A stretch of 64,000 nucleotides of DNA, taken from the IMG/VR virus record IMGVR_UViG_3300045988_155182; one strand, 5' to 3'. The position numbers were made by a program, and so were the translations under genes. Every line of letters begins with the position of its first letter. The first letter of the stretch is position 1. The notes under the pieces are model-generated. The model saw only the letters and a program-made list of their open reading frames with translations, searched no databases and was not told where the DNA came from. The DNA comes from a virus. Lineage: Duplodnaviria; Heunggongvirae; Uroviricota; Caudoviricetes. Positions 8,048 to 17,870 of the stretch are shown piece after piece.

Positions 8048-8572
8048 TCAAAAAGGCAAAATTCGTTCAACCCAATCGAACAAAACAACTATTTTTCTAC
8101 CGTTCTCGACACGTAGTGTAACCTGACAAGCATCTGCGCCTGCTGACACCCCCTCAATTTCACGGCCATCCGCCATGTACACCCTTATAGATTTGTTTGC
8201 TTTGTAGGCTTGGTTGCAAATTGCAAAAAAATCGCGGCGTGATGGCCGATTATCGACATAATCAGGGTGAACTGTTAGTCGACCTTTGAAATCGTGAGCG
8301 ATACTGTCAAACACACCTGATTCAATGGTACTAATGCGTTCAAGTGGGAGCCTTATACGATTTTCTTTGTCAAAAGGGGCTGGGCAAAGGTCAACTTTGT
8401 TACGAGATGGCATGAGGCCATAAACGTACATGCAAAACGCCTGACCATCTTCGAGAGTGACCCTTACAGGAATTTGTTCTCTGCGCCAGAACATCAGTAG
8501 TTTTTCAACGTTAGTGTAATCTCGCGGCCAGAGTTCAGCTTGGATACCGTAGGTAATATCTTTGGTTGTCAT
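8048..8572 (-). CDS. Hypothetical protein
   Basis: ORF track 8048..8608; internal Met gives start/stop coupling with the upstream lipoprotein gene. Confidence 0.45.
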   Translation of the reverse strand: MTTKDITYGIQAELWPRDYTNVEKLLMFWRREQIPVRVTLEDGQAFCMYVYGLMPSRNKVDLCPAPFDKENRIRLPLERISTIESGVFDSIAHDFKGRLTVHPDYVDNRPSRRDFFAICNQAYKANKSIRVYMADGREIEGVSAGADACQVTLRVENGRKIVVLFDWVERILPF

Positions 8573-8576
8573 GTCA

Positions 8577-9041
8577 TCACAGAGTTGTTGGCAGAATGTC
8601 GATGTCACCAGAATTGCTGGTGAACACCCTGAATGCTTTTGTGTCTCTATTCTTCAGAGTCGTTTCTCGCTCTTGACGAGCGGGGTTTAGAGCACATAAA
8701 CCTGCACCTTCAAGAGATGCACCCACAATTAATTCTCCGGCATTTAAATGGAAAGTCGCTTTTTCGCCTGTAGCCAGTTTTGCGACAGTTTCGCCGTTGA
8801 TGAAAATGGAAGCATCACATCCAGCTCCTACAAAACCTGTGTCTCTCATTACCACCAACGTAGCTGGCGCTGCGCTTTGATACTTGAACACTTTGGCCTG
8901 CGGTGCTGGTTTGGCGTCATGGATTGATATTGGGCGTGATTGGCACGCGGTAAGCATCAACACTGGTAACGTTAGTAGAGGGAGAAGCGAGTATTTCATG
9001 ATAGTTTTAGAACAGAAAGTGAACAGTATGGGAGACTTCAT
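8577..9041 (-). CDS. Putative lipoprotein (lipobox LTAC); candidate superinfection-exclusion protein
   Basis: ORF track; hydrophobic segment followed by L-T-A-C; start ambiguous (9041 has GGGAGA RBS; Met at 8999 gives a shorter, more typical signal peptide). Confidence 0.5.
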   Translation of the reverse strand: MKSPILFTFCSKTIMKYSLLPLLTLPVLMLTACQSRPISIHDAKPAPQAKVFKYQSAAPATLVVMRDTGFVGAGCDASIFINGETVAKLATGEKATFHLNAGELIVGASLEGAGLCALNPARQERETTLKNRDTKAFRVFTSNSGDIDILPTTL

Positions 9042-9067
9042 CTTTGTCTCCCTAATTGATAGCGTGA

Positions 9068-9346
9068 TTATTTTAATCTGCTTAATAGCGTTTCGAGATC
9101 TTCCTTTGTCATATTAGAGTTCTCATAGATACGCATGATTTTCTCACGAGTCTTAGCGGAAGCCCCGACAGAAGATATAACCTTGTCAAAGTCGGCCATT
9201 GTCAATTGTTCCAGAATGGTATTTATGACTTCAGCCTTAGACATTTTGATATTTTTTTCTTTTAGTTTCACTTGAAACTTTCCAAGTTTGTCATTGGCCT
9301 TATCAGACAATGCTACCTGACAGTAAGTTGTTTTCTTTTCACTCAT
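9068..9346 (-). CDS. Hypothetical small protein (92 aa)
   Basis: ORF track; coupled to the upstream helicase gene. Confidence 0.45.
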   Translation of the reverse strand: MSEKKTTYCQVALSDKANDKLGKFQVKLKEKNIKMSKAEVINTILEQLTMADFDKVISSVGASAKTREKIMRIYENSNMTKEDLETLLSRLK

Positions 9347-9348
9347 AA

Positions 9349-10908
9349 CTAATCTCGTTTCAGAACTCCAAAATCGAATGCTCCATCAATAGGCAATACA
9401 CCTTCTGCAAAGCCAGGTGTGGTGTCGATGATGTGTTTTCGCTCATAAGAGTGAGACAACAGGTATTTGTTGCTAATGTCAATGAAATCAGTGATAAAAC
9501 ACACGTTTGCCTGATTTTTTTTGGCTCGTAAGCCACGACCGACACGCTGTCTCATTTCAACTTCTGCTTTCCCACCACCAGCAAGAATGACCGCACCAAC
9601 GCTTGGCACATCAACACCAACATCCAGAATAGTCGAGCCTATTAAAACATCTATTTCACCAGACGCTAAACTATTCAGCTTTGCTTGCCTTGTCGTCTGG
9701 TTAGATTCCCCATAGATGAAATCAACTTTAAGACCTGACTCCTTCATCATCTCCATCAGGATTTGCCCGTGGCGTTTAAGACGAACCAGAGTCATGCAGT
9801 TGAGTGAATGTTGCTTATAAAGCAATGCCTCGCGCACTATGGCCTCGTTACGTCCCAAATTATACACGATCCCCAACTGATAAGCCTTTTGGTAGGCGGT
9901 GCTCATACCAACTCTAAAATTAAGGTGTTTGTTGGCAAGTTCCGCCTTGATTCTGACCTCGTCTGGCTTGTAAGCAACTTTATGATAAAGGAAGTACGGT
10001 TTTGCCAGAATGCCTCGATCAATCAGGTACTTTTCTGTGACTTTAATTTCAATTCGACCGGCCACAGCCATCAGACGCATGTTGGCTTCTGTAGAATCCT
10101 TCATGAACGGCGTGGCCGTAAGCGCCAGACGATAGTCTGCGTTCACACATAATCTGGCAATGTCATAGAAATTAGAGCCTGAAGACTCATGCGCTTCTTC
10201 CAGAATAAGCAGAGACACACTTGAAAGGAAGCGTTTCACTAGCTCCCGACGTTTGAGGTGGTAGCTCTTTTTATCTGGTGTTGCATCGCGTGGTGGTTCT
10301 TCAAGGAAACTTGCCAGAGTTTGAACTGTAGCGACGTTGATATGTCGTGATACCTGGAACTCACCCGAGCCAATGACTCCAACCTTTTGGTCTTTTAACC
10401 ACGGTTCGCCATTTTCGGCGCGGTAGTCGATGGATCTCTGGAAGTTTTCGGCCATTTGAAACATCAGAACAGAGCGGGTTGTTAAAAATAATGTCATTCG
10501 ACCGATACGTGCAGCTGCTTTGCAGGCAACGTTAGATTTCCCGCCACCAGTAGCGATCTGCGCAATCATCATTCCCTCTCGAACCAGTGTTTCCACAGTC
10601 TGATCCTGATACGCATAATCAGGATTGTATGGGAATGGGTTAACCGCCGGATTTGGTTTACCAAGCGCCGGGGCTTTGTCTTTGCGGATATGAACACATT
10701 TGATGCCCGCCTTGTTCAAGTTCGCCGCTACAGGCTTGGCAAAGCCAGCAGGGAACGAGTTTTTACTCCAGTTGAACATCGTGCTTGTGCCCTTCCAGTC
10801 GCCAGTCTCGACTTCGTAGCTCAACATTTGCTGCACCAGTTGCTTTACCTTGTCATCTGCGCCAGAAATAAGCGCATTTACTGCGTTAGATACAATCCGA
10901 ACAGTCAT
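9349..10908 (-). CDS. Superfamily 2 DEAD/DEAH-type helicase (519 aa)
   Basis: Motif I ATGGGKS, motif II LILEEAHE, motif III LTATP, motif VI QRVGRGLR in the translation. Confidence 0.75.
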   Translation of the reverse strand: MTVRIVSNAVNALISGADDKVKQLVQQMLSYEVETGDWKGTSTMFNWSKNSFPAGFAKPVAANLNKAGIKCVHIRKDKAPALGKPNPAVNPFPYNPDYAYQDQTVETLVREGMMIAQIATGGGKSNVACKAAARIGRMTLFLTTRSVLMFQMAENFQRSIDYRAENGEPWLKDQKVGVIGSGEFQVSRHINVATVQTLASFLEEPPRDATPDKKSYHLKRRELVKRFLSSVSLLILEEAHESSGSNFYDIARLCVNADYRLALTATPFMKDSTEANMRLMAVAGRIEIKVTEKYLIDRGILAKPYFLYHKVAYKPDEVRIKAELANKHLNFRVGMSTAYQKAYQLGIVYNLGRNEAIVREALLYKQHSLNCMTLVRLKRHGQILMEMMKESGLKVDFIYGESNQTTRQAKLNSLASGEIDVLIGSTILDVGVDVPSVGAVILAGGGKAEVEMRQRVGRGLRAKKNQANVCFITDFIDISNKYLLSHSYERKHIIDTTPGFAEGVLPIDGAFDFGVLKRD

Positions 10909-10952
10909 AAACCTCTTTCCTTAGTGCCTTTTGTATGTTATTTGGCTATTAT

Positions 10953-10972
10953 AATAAGTAAGTGATTACTTA
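10953..10972. repeat. TAAGTA palindrome variant (ataagtaagtgattacttag) in divergent promoter region
   Basis: Seen directly. Confidence 0.45.
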
Positions 10973-11671
10973 GTGGATTGTAGCAATAAAATGGATGTAA
11001 AAATCACGATTTTGCAGGTTGATGTTGCCAACCTTCGCCCGAATACCTGGAACACCAATTCGGTTGGTGCGCAGAATTTTGAAAAACTGAAAGGTTCTAT
11101 CGAAAAATTGGGCTTTTTTAAGCCAATTTTGGCTCGTGAACTTGAAGATGGATTTTTTGAAATCCTCGGCGGCGAACATCGCTGGCGTGCTGCTATTGAG
11201 CAAGGAATTTCAACGGTTCCGGTGCTTTCTGTGGGCAAAATTAGCGATGTCGTAGCTAAACAGATGTCACTGGTGGACAACGAGCGATACGGTGAAGACG
11301 ATCAAATCGCATTGCAACGCTTCATTGAAGAAATTCAGTCAGAACTTGACTATCAACTGTCTGAAATCGCCCCGTATGACGACGAAATCTCGATGGTTTT
11401 AGCAAAAGAGGCGGCAATCGACCTTGAAGCACTGGAGGCATTGTCTCGTGGTAGTGATGAGCCTGTCGATACCGACAAACGAGAGAAAACCGAACGTGTG
11501 GGTGCGGAACATCAGACCATGCGCTTCAAAGTAACCTTCGATGCGTCAGATCGTGTTGCAGAAACCATAAAAAACATCATCAAAGAGCAGGCTATTAACA
11601 CCGGTAATGAAATGGAGAACGCTGGTGAGGCTCTGGTGTGGCTGGTCGACTACTACAAGGAGCGTATGTAA
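10973..11671 (+). CDS. ParB/Srx N-terminal-domain protein 1
   Basis: GGEHRWRAA matches the ParB GxxRxxA box. Confidence 0.7.
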   Translation: MDCSNKMDVKITILQVDVANLRPNTWNTNSVGAQNFEKLKGSIEKLGFFKPILARELEDGFFEILGGEHRWRAAIEQGISTVPVLSVGKISDVVAKQMSLVDNERYGEDDQIALQRFIEEIQSELDYQLSEIAPYDDEISMVLAKEAAIDLEALEALSRGSDEPVDTDKREKTERVGAEHQTMRFKVTFDASDRVAETIKNIIKEQAINTGNEMENAGEALVWLVDYYKERM

Positions 11672-12339
11672 TGACCAAAAAGTTTGAAATCGTATATCGC
11701 GACCCGGCAGATCTTATTCCCTATGAGATGAATGCCAAAAAGCATGATGAACAGCAGATCCGAGATCTGGCCGCAGCCATTAAAAAGCGCGGATTTGACC
11801 AGCCAATTACGGTCGATAAGAACGACGTAATTATTACTGGCCACGGCCGCCGTGAGGCTGCAATTTTTGCTGGACTTGAGCGCGTACCGGTTATTGTTCG
11901 CGATGATCTCAGTGATGACGAGGTTCGTGCGAAGCGCCTTGAAGATAACCGACTTGCCAGCATTGATTACGATGCAATTAAGCTACAGAAAGAGCTTGAG
12001 TCGCTTGTTCTGGACGATATCGAGGTTTTCGGCTTTGAAGAGCGGGAGTTGAATGTTCTCGTTGGCAGCATGACAGAAGAAATGGACACCGACTCGCTAG
12101 TTATCGATCTGGGCGAAGAAACTAAACGACAGAAGGATGAACACACCGAGATCAGTCGTGAAGTTGCAGCGGAAGAAGTACGTGTTGTCGACGTATTGGG
12201 CTTTAAAACGCTCCCTGCTGGCTCTGCCATTGTTGTTGGTGATTTGCTTGCCCATATGGAAGAAATGACGGGAGAAAGCGGGGTAGACGCATTTGTGGCA
12301 TATGCGGAGAAGATCTCTTCCGGGGAGATGGCTGCATGA
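11671..12339 (+). CDS. ParB/Srx N-terminal-domain protein 2
   Basis: TGHGRREAA box; ATG overlaps the upstream stop (TAATG); ORF track 11638..12339. Confidence 0.7.
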   Translation: MTKKFEIVYRDPADLIPYEMNAKKHDEQQIRDLAAAIKKRGFDQPITVDKNDVIITGHGRREAAIFAGLERVPVIVRDDLSDDEVRAKRLEDNRLASIDYDAIKLQKELESLVLDDIEVFGFEERELNVLVGSMTEEMDTDSLVIDLGEETKRQKDEHTEISREVAAEEVRVVDVLGFKTLPAGSAIVVGDLLAHMEEMTGESGVDAFVAYAEKISSGEMAA

Positions 12340-13001
12340 ACAAATACATCATCAACATATCGTTTCAGACACGCGTAAATAAAACCACGCGCACGTTGGA
12401 AATCGCTGAGTCGTTCGGGCTTGGCCTGGACGAAAAAGAGTGGACGCTTTACGACAATCTGGAGCTGGAAGTGAAGCAGGGCGATGTGGTGTACATCACC
12501 GGCCAATCCGGTTCCGGCAAATCCGTTGTGCTGCGCGAGTTGCAACGACAGATGAAGGATGAAGGGCTGTCTGTAGCCTCCATCGATGATTTTACCTTCG
12601 ATAATGAGGTTAACGTCATCGATCAGTTGGGCAAAACGACCAGTGATGCGCTTGGGTTGTTATCTATGGCTGGTCTGAACGATGCATATCTGTTTGTTCG
12701 CAAGCCTTCTGAAATGTCAGACGGCCAGAAATATCGTCTCAAGATTGCCAAACTGATTGAGTCAGGCGCTAAAGTGTGGGCTGCTGACGAGTTCGGCGCT
12801 GTTCTCGACCGTGTAACCGCTCAGGTTGTGGCGTCTAACCTCCAGCGTGCCGCGCGAAAGGTTGGTGCGACGGTAATGGTGGCGACGACTCACGAAGACC
12901 TGAAGAACGCGCTGCGCCCGGATATGCAGATCACCAAGCACTACAAAGAACGCGTGAAGGTGGAATATCACAATGGTAGTCATGATGAGGTCCCTTCATG
13001 A
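12336..13001 (+). CDS. P-loop ATPase, ABC-like (Walker A GQSGSGKS, signature-like SDGQKYR, Walker B VWAADEF)
   Basis: Motifs in the translation; ATGA overlap with the upstream gene. Confidence 0.6.
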   Translation: MNKYIINISFQTRVNKTTRTLEIAESFGLGLDEKEWTLYDNLELEVKQGDVVYITGQSGSGKSVVLRELQRQMKDEGLSVASIDDFTFDNEVNVIDQLGKTTSDALGLLSMAGLNDAYLFVRKPSEMSDGQKYRLKIAKLIESGAKVWAADEFGAVLDRVTAQVVASNLQRAARKVGATVMVATTHEDLKNALRPDMQITKHYKERVKVEYHNGSHDEVPS

Positions 13002-13888
13002 CGGACATCATCATTAAACGCTACCGCCCTGAAGAGTTTCCGCGTCATCTGGACTTTCTGGAGCGAATGACTGTTACAAAGGGAACTGTAGAGGACTGGC
13101 ACGCTCTTAAGTCGCTTCACTACAAAACAGACGGCAAACCTTTCGCGCCAACTTACTATCGCTGCGAACTTGATGACCGTCTGGTGGGCGTCGTGGTTAT
13201 GGCTTACCCGAAACTACTGTTGGCACCTCGCCACCGCATGTTTCCTAAGTTGAAACCAACCACTAATACCACCGTGGCTAACCAGTACTGGGGTCGGTAC
13301 GTGAATAACAACTTTGCGGTGATCAGTCGCTCAGTTGTGGATACTCAGTATCGTGGCGTAGGCGTCTCTTATCGAATGATTAACCTGGTTAGCAGGATGC
13401 ATGACCGGCCAATCATTGAGATCCAGTCCTCGATGAGCAAATACAATCCCTTCGCCATGAAAGCAGGGTTTAAGTTCATCCGCCCTGAGCGACCGAAGAG
13501 CTATGAAAGTGCACTGCGTGTATTCCAGCGCCATTTTCGTTCCGACCCGGGTGATAACGAGGCGATCGTTAAAGAGTTGTTCGCTATGAGCGAGTCTCGT
13601 CGTCGCCGTGCACTGCGTGATCTGGTGGCGGACTACCACAAGAACAGTTCCCTGGCAAAAGCTGGGCGGAATCGTGGCACGACGATTCAGGACATTGCCG
13701 ACAGTCTGGTGGACGAGGCCAGCATTGTGAAGCTGCTCAAGGACATTCACAACCTGAGCTTTACGTCTCCGTTGTATGGTGTGTATCGAAACCCTGACTT
13801 TGGTCGTCGACTGCCTGACACGCTGCCACTGCTGGCATTCGACAAACAACCTTTGGATAAACCGTTAGAAATTGCTTTACCGGCATAA
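12998..13888 (+). CDS. Hypothetical protein with possible GNAT-like acetyltransferase core (YRGVGVS)
   Basis: Weak motif resemblance only. Confidence 0.4.
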   Translation: MTDIIIKRYRPEEFPRHLDFLERMTVTKGTVEDWHALKSLHYKTDGKPFAPTYYRCELDDRLVGVVVMAYPKLLLAPRHRMFPKLKPTTNTTVANQYWGRYVNNNFAVISRSVVDTQYRGVGVSYRMINLVSRMHDRPIIEIQSSMSKYNPFAMKAGFKFIRPERPKSYESALRVFQRHFRSDPGDNEAIVKELFAMSESRRRRALRDLVADYHKNSSLAKAGRNRGTTIQDIADSLVDEASIVKLLKDIHNLSFTSPLYGVYRNPDFGRRLPDTLPLLAFDKQPLDKPLEIALPA

Positions 13889-13897
13889 GGATTTGCC

Positions 13898-14164
13898 ATG
13901 ACGTTAACCGACAAACAAAAGGACATCATCAAAACGCTCAATCTCGGTTATGAGCGAGGTCATCTACTTGACCTGGACGAATTGCTTGAAGTTTTGCCGT
14001 ACAAGACAACCAAGCAAAGTATCCAGTTCTCAATTCGCGCTCTGATAAAAAAGGGGCTGGTGGAGAAAGGGCATACGCGCCAACGCAGTGACAATCGCTA
14101 TCACCGCCGGACTCTTGGGTTAACCACTTTAGGTCGAGCCAAAGCGAAGTTACTGGTGATGTAA
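13898..14164 (+). CDS. Small basic protein, possible winged-helix DNA-binding protein
   Basis: ORF track; composition only. Confidence 0.35.
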   Translation: MTLTDKQKDIIKTLNLGYERGHLLDLDELLEVLPYKTTKQSIQFSIRALIKKGLVEKGHTRQRSDNRYHRRTLGLTTLGRAKAKLLVM

Positions 14165-14188
14165 TCGGTCTGGGAGCTTATTTAAAGA

Positions 14189-14245
14189 CCTGCATCTGTA
14201 TATATAAATAATAAGTAACTTATTAAATATATACGGAAGCAGGCT
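14189..14245. repeat. Long imperfect palindrome (cctgcatctgtatatat...ataagtaacttat...atatatacggaagcagg) centred on a TAAGTA motif
   Basis: Near-copy at 48427-48480; seen directly. Confidence 0.55.
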
Positions 14246-14278
14246 TCGTAAGACATGCCAGACCTAATTAAACACCCC

Positions 14279-14322
14279 AGAAAACAAGTTGGTTAGCAGA
14301 TGCAGTAAACAAGTTGTTTTAG
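14279..14322 (+). promoter_or_regulatory. Double early operator (agaaaacaagttggtt ... taaacaagttgttttag)
   Basis: Motif family member upstream of the terminase small subunit gene. Confidence 0.45.
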
Positions 14323-14359
14323 AGCGCATGGACGCGCTCTGTGTGTTTTAGAGGGATCT

Positions 14360-14992
14360 ATGACGGTCGAAAAAGACGAGGTAAAAACTCGCCTGACACC
14401 AGCGGAGTGGGCCGAAGCTGAAGCCAAATGGACGTCAGGCGAATATACACTCTCAAAGCTGGAGGAAGAGTACGGCATTCGTCGTGAAACACTCTCCAGA
14501 CATTTCAAAAAGCGAGGATTAGAGAAAGGCGCGGACTCTGTTGGGAAGATGGTTCGTGAGTCTCTTAAATCTGACGCAGAGCTTCGCGCTAAAGCCCGTG
14601 CGGAAAAGATAGAAGAACGTCGTACACGTTATGACGGCTGGGCGTATGCGTTGGGGCAGATGGTGATGGTCGAAGTCACTACGGCCAAACGTGAGGGTAA
14701 GCCTTTAGGGGCGATTGAGGATTCTCTCAAGAGCTTACAGAGAGCCAGTAATACCCTTGCAAAATGCTTTGAAGTTTCGTCCAAAGCATTGGGTATGGAT
14801 CATGCGGAAAATGACGAGGAAGAAATTCCGAATCTGGTATTTGGTGAGCTTACGCCTTCCCAGGTGGCGAAATTACGTCAGGAAGACGACGAGCCTGAAA
14901 TCATCGATGACGAATTGCTTGAGACGTTGGAAGAAGAAGCTCTAAGCGAATTTGATGCGACAGATGATGGAAGTGAAGGGGAGGACGAATAA
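14360..14992 (+). CDS. Terminase small subunit (N-terminal HTH, acidic C-terminus)
   Basis: Position directly upstream of terminase large; HTH-like YTLSKLEEEYGIRRETLSRHF. Confidence 0.6.
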   Translation: MTVEKDEVKTRLTPAEWAEAEAKWTSGEYTLSKLEEEYGIRRETLSRHFKKRGLEKGADSVGKMVRESLKSDAELRAKARAEKIEERRTRYDGWAYALGQMVMVEVTTAKREGKPLGAIEDSLKSLQRASNTLAKCFEVSSKALGMDHAENDEEEIPNLVFGELTPSQVAKLRQEDDEPEIIDDELLETLEEEALSEFDATDDGSEGEDE

Positions 14993-16248
14993 TGGCAATC
15001 CCGTCCTCGCTCAGTCTTGTGCAACTGCATTCTGGACAGATGAAAGTCTTCCAGTCTCCGCATCGATTTAAAGTTGTTTGTGCTGGTCGACGCTGGGGAA
15101 AATCCCGGTTGTCGATCTCCACTATTATTCGTGCGGCGGCAAAGGAAAAAAAGCAAAGAGTCTGGTATGTCGCTCCTACTTACCAGATGGCTCGCCAGAT
15201 TTTGTGGGACGATCTACAGGAAGTTCTGCCTCGTAAGTGGGTTAGGAAAAAGAACGACACCACGATGACAATCGTGTTGAAGAACGGTTCGGAGATCGCC
15301 CTCAAAGGTGCTGATAAGCCTGACACTCTGCGCGGCGTAGCGTTGCATTTTGTAGTGCTTGATGAATTTCAGGATATGAAGGCTGACACCTGGTACAAGG
15401 TGTTACGACCTACTCTTTCATCGACACGCGGCGGTGCACTGATCATTGGTACGCCAAAAGGCTTCTCGGAATTTCACAAACTGTGGACTATAGGCCAGAA
15501 CGTAGAGCTGCAAAGAAAGGGACAGTGGAAGAGCTGGCAGTTTGTAACTGCCGATTCTCCGTTTGTACCTACGGCGGAAATTGAAGCTGCTAAGAACGAT
15601 ATGGACCCGAAATCGTTCGCTCAGGAGTACCTGGCGAGCTTTGAGAACATGTCCGGGCGCGTTTACTACCCGTTCGATCGTAACGTGCATGTAAAACCGC
15701 TTCAGTTCAACCCTCGGTTGCCTATATGGGTAGGGCAGGACTTCAACATTGACCCGATGTCTTCAGTAATTTTGCAACCTCAGCCAAATGGTGAGCTATG
15801 GGCAATTGATGAATTGGTGCTCTTTTCCTCTAACACGGCAGAGGTTTGTGATGAGCTTGAGAGACGCTTCTGGCGCTGGAAATCACAGATAACGGTATTT
15901 CCAGATCCGGCAGGTGCTTATCGCCAACATGCTCGCGGGGAGTCTGACGTCGACATATTCAAAGAGAAGGGATTCTTACGTGTCGATTATTCGAAAAAGC
16001 ACCCGCCAATTGCGGATCGTGTTAATGCTGTTAACCGAATGCTGATGACCGCATCTGGAGATATCCGGCTGTATATCGATCCGAAGTGCAAGCATTTGAT
16101 TGATTCACTGGAAAAAGTCATCTACAAGCCTGGAACACGAGATATGGATAAGACAGGTGGCATTGAGCATAGTGCAGACGCATTGGGCTATCCAGTACAT
16201 CGTAGGTATCCAGTCAAAAACCGTGTTATTCTTGGTGGTTCTCGATAG
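14992..16248 (+). CDS. Terminase large subunit
   Basis: Walker A-like VVCAGRRWGKS, Walker B VVLDEF; gene order. Confidence 0.8.
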   Translation: MAIPSSLSLVQLHSGQMKVFQSPHRFKVVCAGRRWGKSRLSISTIIRAAAKEKKQRVWYVAPTYQMARQILWDDLQEVLPRKWVRKKNDTTMTIVLKNGSEIALKGADKPDTLRGVALHFVVLDEFQDMKADTWYKVLRPTLSSTRGGALIIGTPKGFSEFHKLWTIGQNVELQRKGQWKSWQFVTADSPFVPTAEIEAAKNDMDPKSFAQEYLASFENMSGRVYYPFDRNVHVKPLQFNPRLPIWVGQDFNIDPMSSVILQPQPNGELWAIDELVLFSSNTAEVCDELERRFWRWKSQITVFPDPAGAYRQHARGESDVDIFKEKGFLRVDYSKKHPPIADRVNAVNRMLMTASGDIRLYIDPKCKHLIDSLEKVIYKPGTRDMDKTGGIEHSADALGYPVHRRYPVKNRVILGGSR

Positions 16249-16267
16249 GTAAGTAATTATCTAAGGT
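16245..16267. repeat. TAAGTA palindrome variant (gataggtaagtaattatctaagg)
   Basis: Seen directly. Confidence 0.45.
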
Positions 16268-16274
16268 TATTCAA

Positions 16275-17849
16275 ATGGAATTGAACGACAAACAAATTAA
16301 GGATCTGGTGGCGCGACGCCACCCGGAATACGAAAAGAAAAAAGAACATTGGGACTTCCTCGCCAGCACTTACGCTGGCGGGCGTGGTTGGTTTACAGAC
16401 AATATCTTTCGTTACTTTAAAGAGGGAGATCAGGAGTTTAAGGAGCGAGTTGAACGTGCTTATCGCTTCAACCACACTCGTGAGGTGGTAAACCTCATCA
16501 ACAAATATCTCTTTAAAGAAGACATTCATAGAAATATCGAAGAGGCACCAGAGCAGATCCGCAATTTCTGGAAACGTGCGACTCGCCAGAATGCCTCTAT
16601 TGACTCATTTATGGCCGCTATTGATTTGCAGTCGTCTATTTACGGTCGCATATGGGTTGTTGTCGATAGCACGATGAGTGGTGATGTTGAGTCAGTAGCT
16701 GACGAGAAAAAGAAAGATGCTCGCGCCTACGCCTACTGGATTTCACCTCAGCAAATGCTGGATGTGGCATGGGACGACGACGGGAATATGTTGTGGGCGT
16801 TAATTGTGGAAGTCGCTCGTGATGACGCAGATCCTTTTACTTCTACAGGTCAGGAATACCAACGTTATCGTCTGTGGACACAAAACGAGTGGTATCTGTT
16901 CCGTGAGGAAGTGAAGAAGGGCGCTGGTGGAGCAGGTCGCCGTCAGGCAAAAGTTATTTTAGAGGATAGCGGTGAGCATAATCTCGGCGTAGTTCCTGTG
17001 TTTCCTGTTGATTGTATTGGAGAAAGTGAATCACCGTATTTCAGCCCATCGTTGATCGATGATATCGCTTATCTTGATCGTGCGGTTGCAAACTATCTGT
17101 CAAACCTTGATGCCATTATTCAGGATCAGACATTTAGCCAGTTGGCTATACCGGTACAGTCGCTTTTACCTGGTGATGAAAACCACACTAAAGTGCTTGA
17201 AATGGGCACAAAGCGAGTCTTCACCTACGATTCTGAAGGTGGAAACCAGCCGTTTTATCTGTCACCAGACCCGAAACAAGCTCAGATGATCATCACTACG
17301 ATTAAGACGGTGATTAACGAAATCTACCATTCAGTTGGTGTAGCTGGTGAGCGAACGAAGCAGGACAACGCACAGGGAATCGATAATTCATCTGGTGCCG
17401 CAAAAATGTATGACTTCCAGCGTGTAAATAGCTTGCTTGTCACAAAAGCAGAGCGTCTGGAAAGGGCTGAACGCCAAATCATGCTACTGGTTGCGAAATG
17501 GATGGGGGTAGATCTGGACGAAGACCACTCTTTAATTGCATATCCAGAAAGTTTCGATATTCGTGGCCTTACTGATGAATTTTCTGTTGCCGAGAAACTG
17601 TCATTACTTCAGGCACCGGACTCTGTACGTCGTCACCAGATGGAAATGCTTATTGAGAAGATTTTCCCGAACATTACTGAGGCGATGAAAAAGGAATTTG
17701 ATAAAGATCTCTTGAATTTTCCTCCAAAAAATGATCTAAATACCCTTGAAAATAAGTCAGTACTTACTTATGATCGTGGTGCAGCCCAAGAAAGCGGGCA
17801 AGATCAACCCCGAGGGAATGGGGACTCATCTACTCAAGAGAACGAGTGA
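16275..17849 (+). CDS. Portal protein (524 aa)
   Basis: Size and position directly after terminase large. Confidence 0.7.
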   Translation: MELNDKQIKDLVARRHPEYEKKKEHWDFLASTYAGGRGWFTDNIFRYFKEGDQEFKERVERAYRFNHTREVVNLINKYLFKEDIHRNIEEAPEQIRNFWKRATRQNASIDSFMAAIDLQSSIYGRIWVVVDSTMSGDVESVADEKKKDARAYAYWISPQQMLDVAWDDDGNMLWALIVEVARDDADPFTSTGQEYQRYRLWTQNEWYLFREEVKKGAGGAGRRQAKVILEDSGEHNLGVVPVFPVDCIGESESPYFSPSLIDDIAYLDRAVANYLSNLDAIIQDQTFSQLAIPVQSLLPGDENHTKVLEMGTKRVFTYDSEGGNQPFYLSPDPKQAQMIITTIKTVINEIYHSVGVAGERTKQDNAQGIDNSSGAAKMYDFQRVNSLLVTKAERLERAERQIMLLVAKWMGVDLDEDHSLIAYPESFDIRGLTDEFSVAEKLSLLQAPDSVRRHQMEMLIEKIFPNITEAMKKEFDKDLLNFPPKNDLNTLENKSVLTYDRGAAQESGQDQPRGNGDSSTQENE

Positions 17850-17870
17850 TAAGTAACAAAAGGAATTTTT

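Noticed and set aside
14715-15268. Alternative-frame ORFs within the terminase genes (14715..14945 +, 14878..15156 -, 15074..15268 +)
   Set aside because: Embedded within well-supported terminase small and large subunit reading frames.
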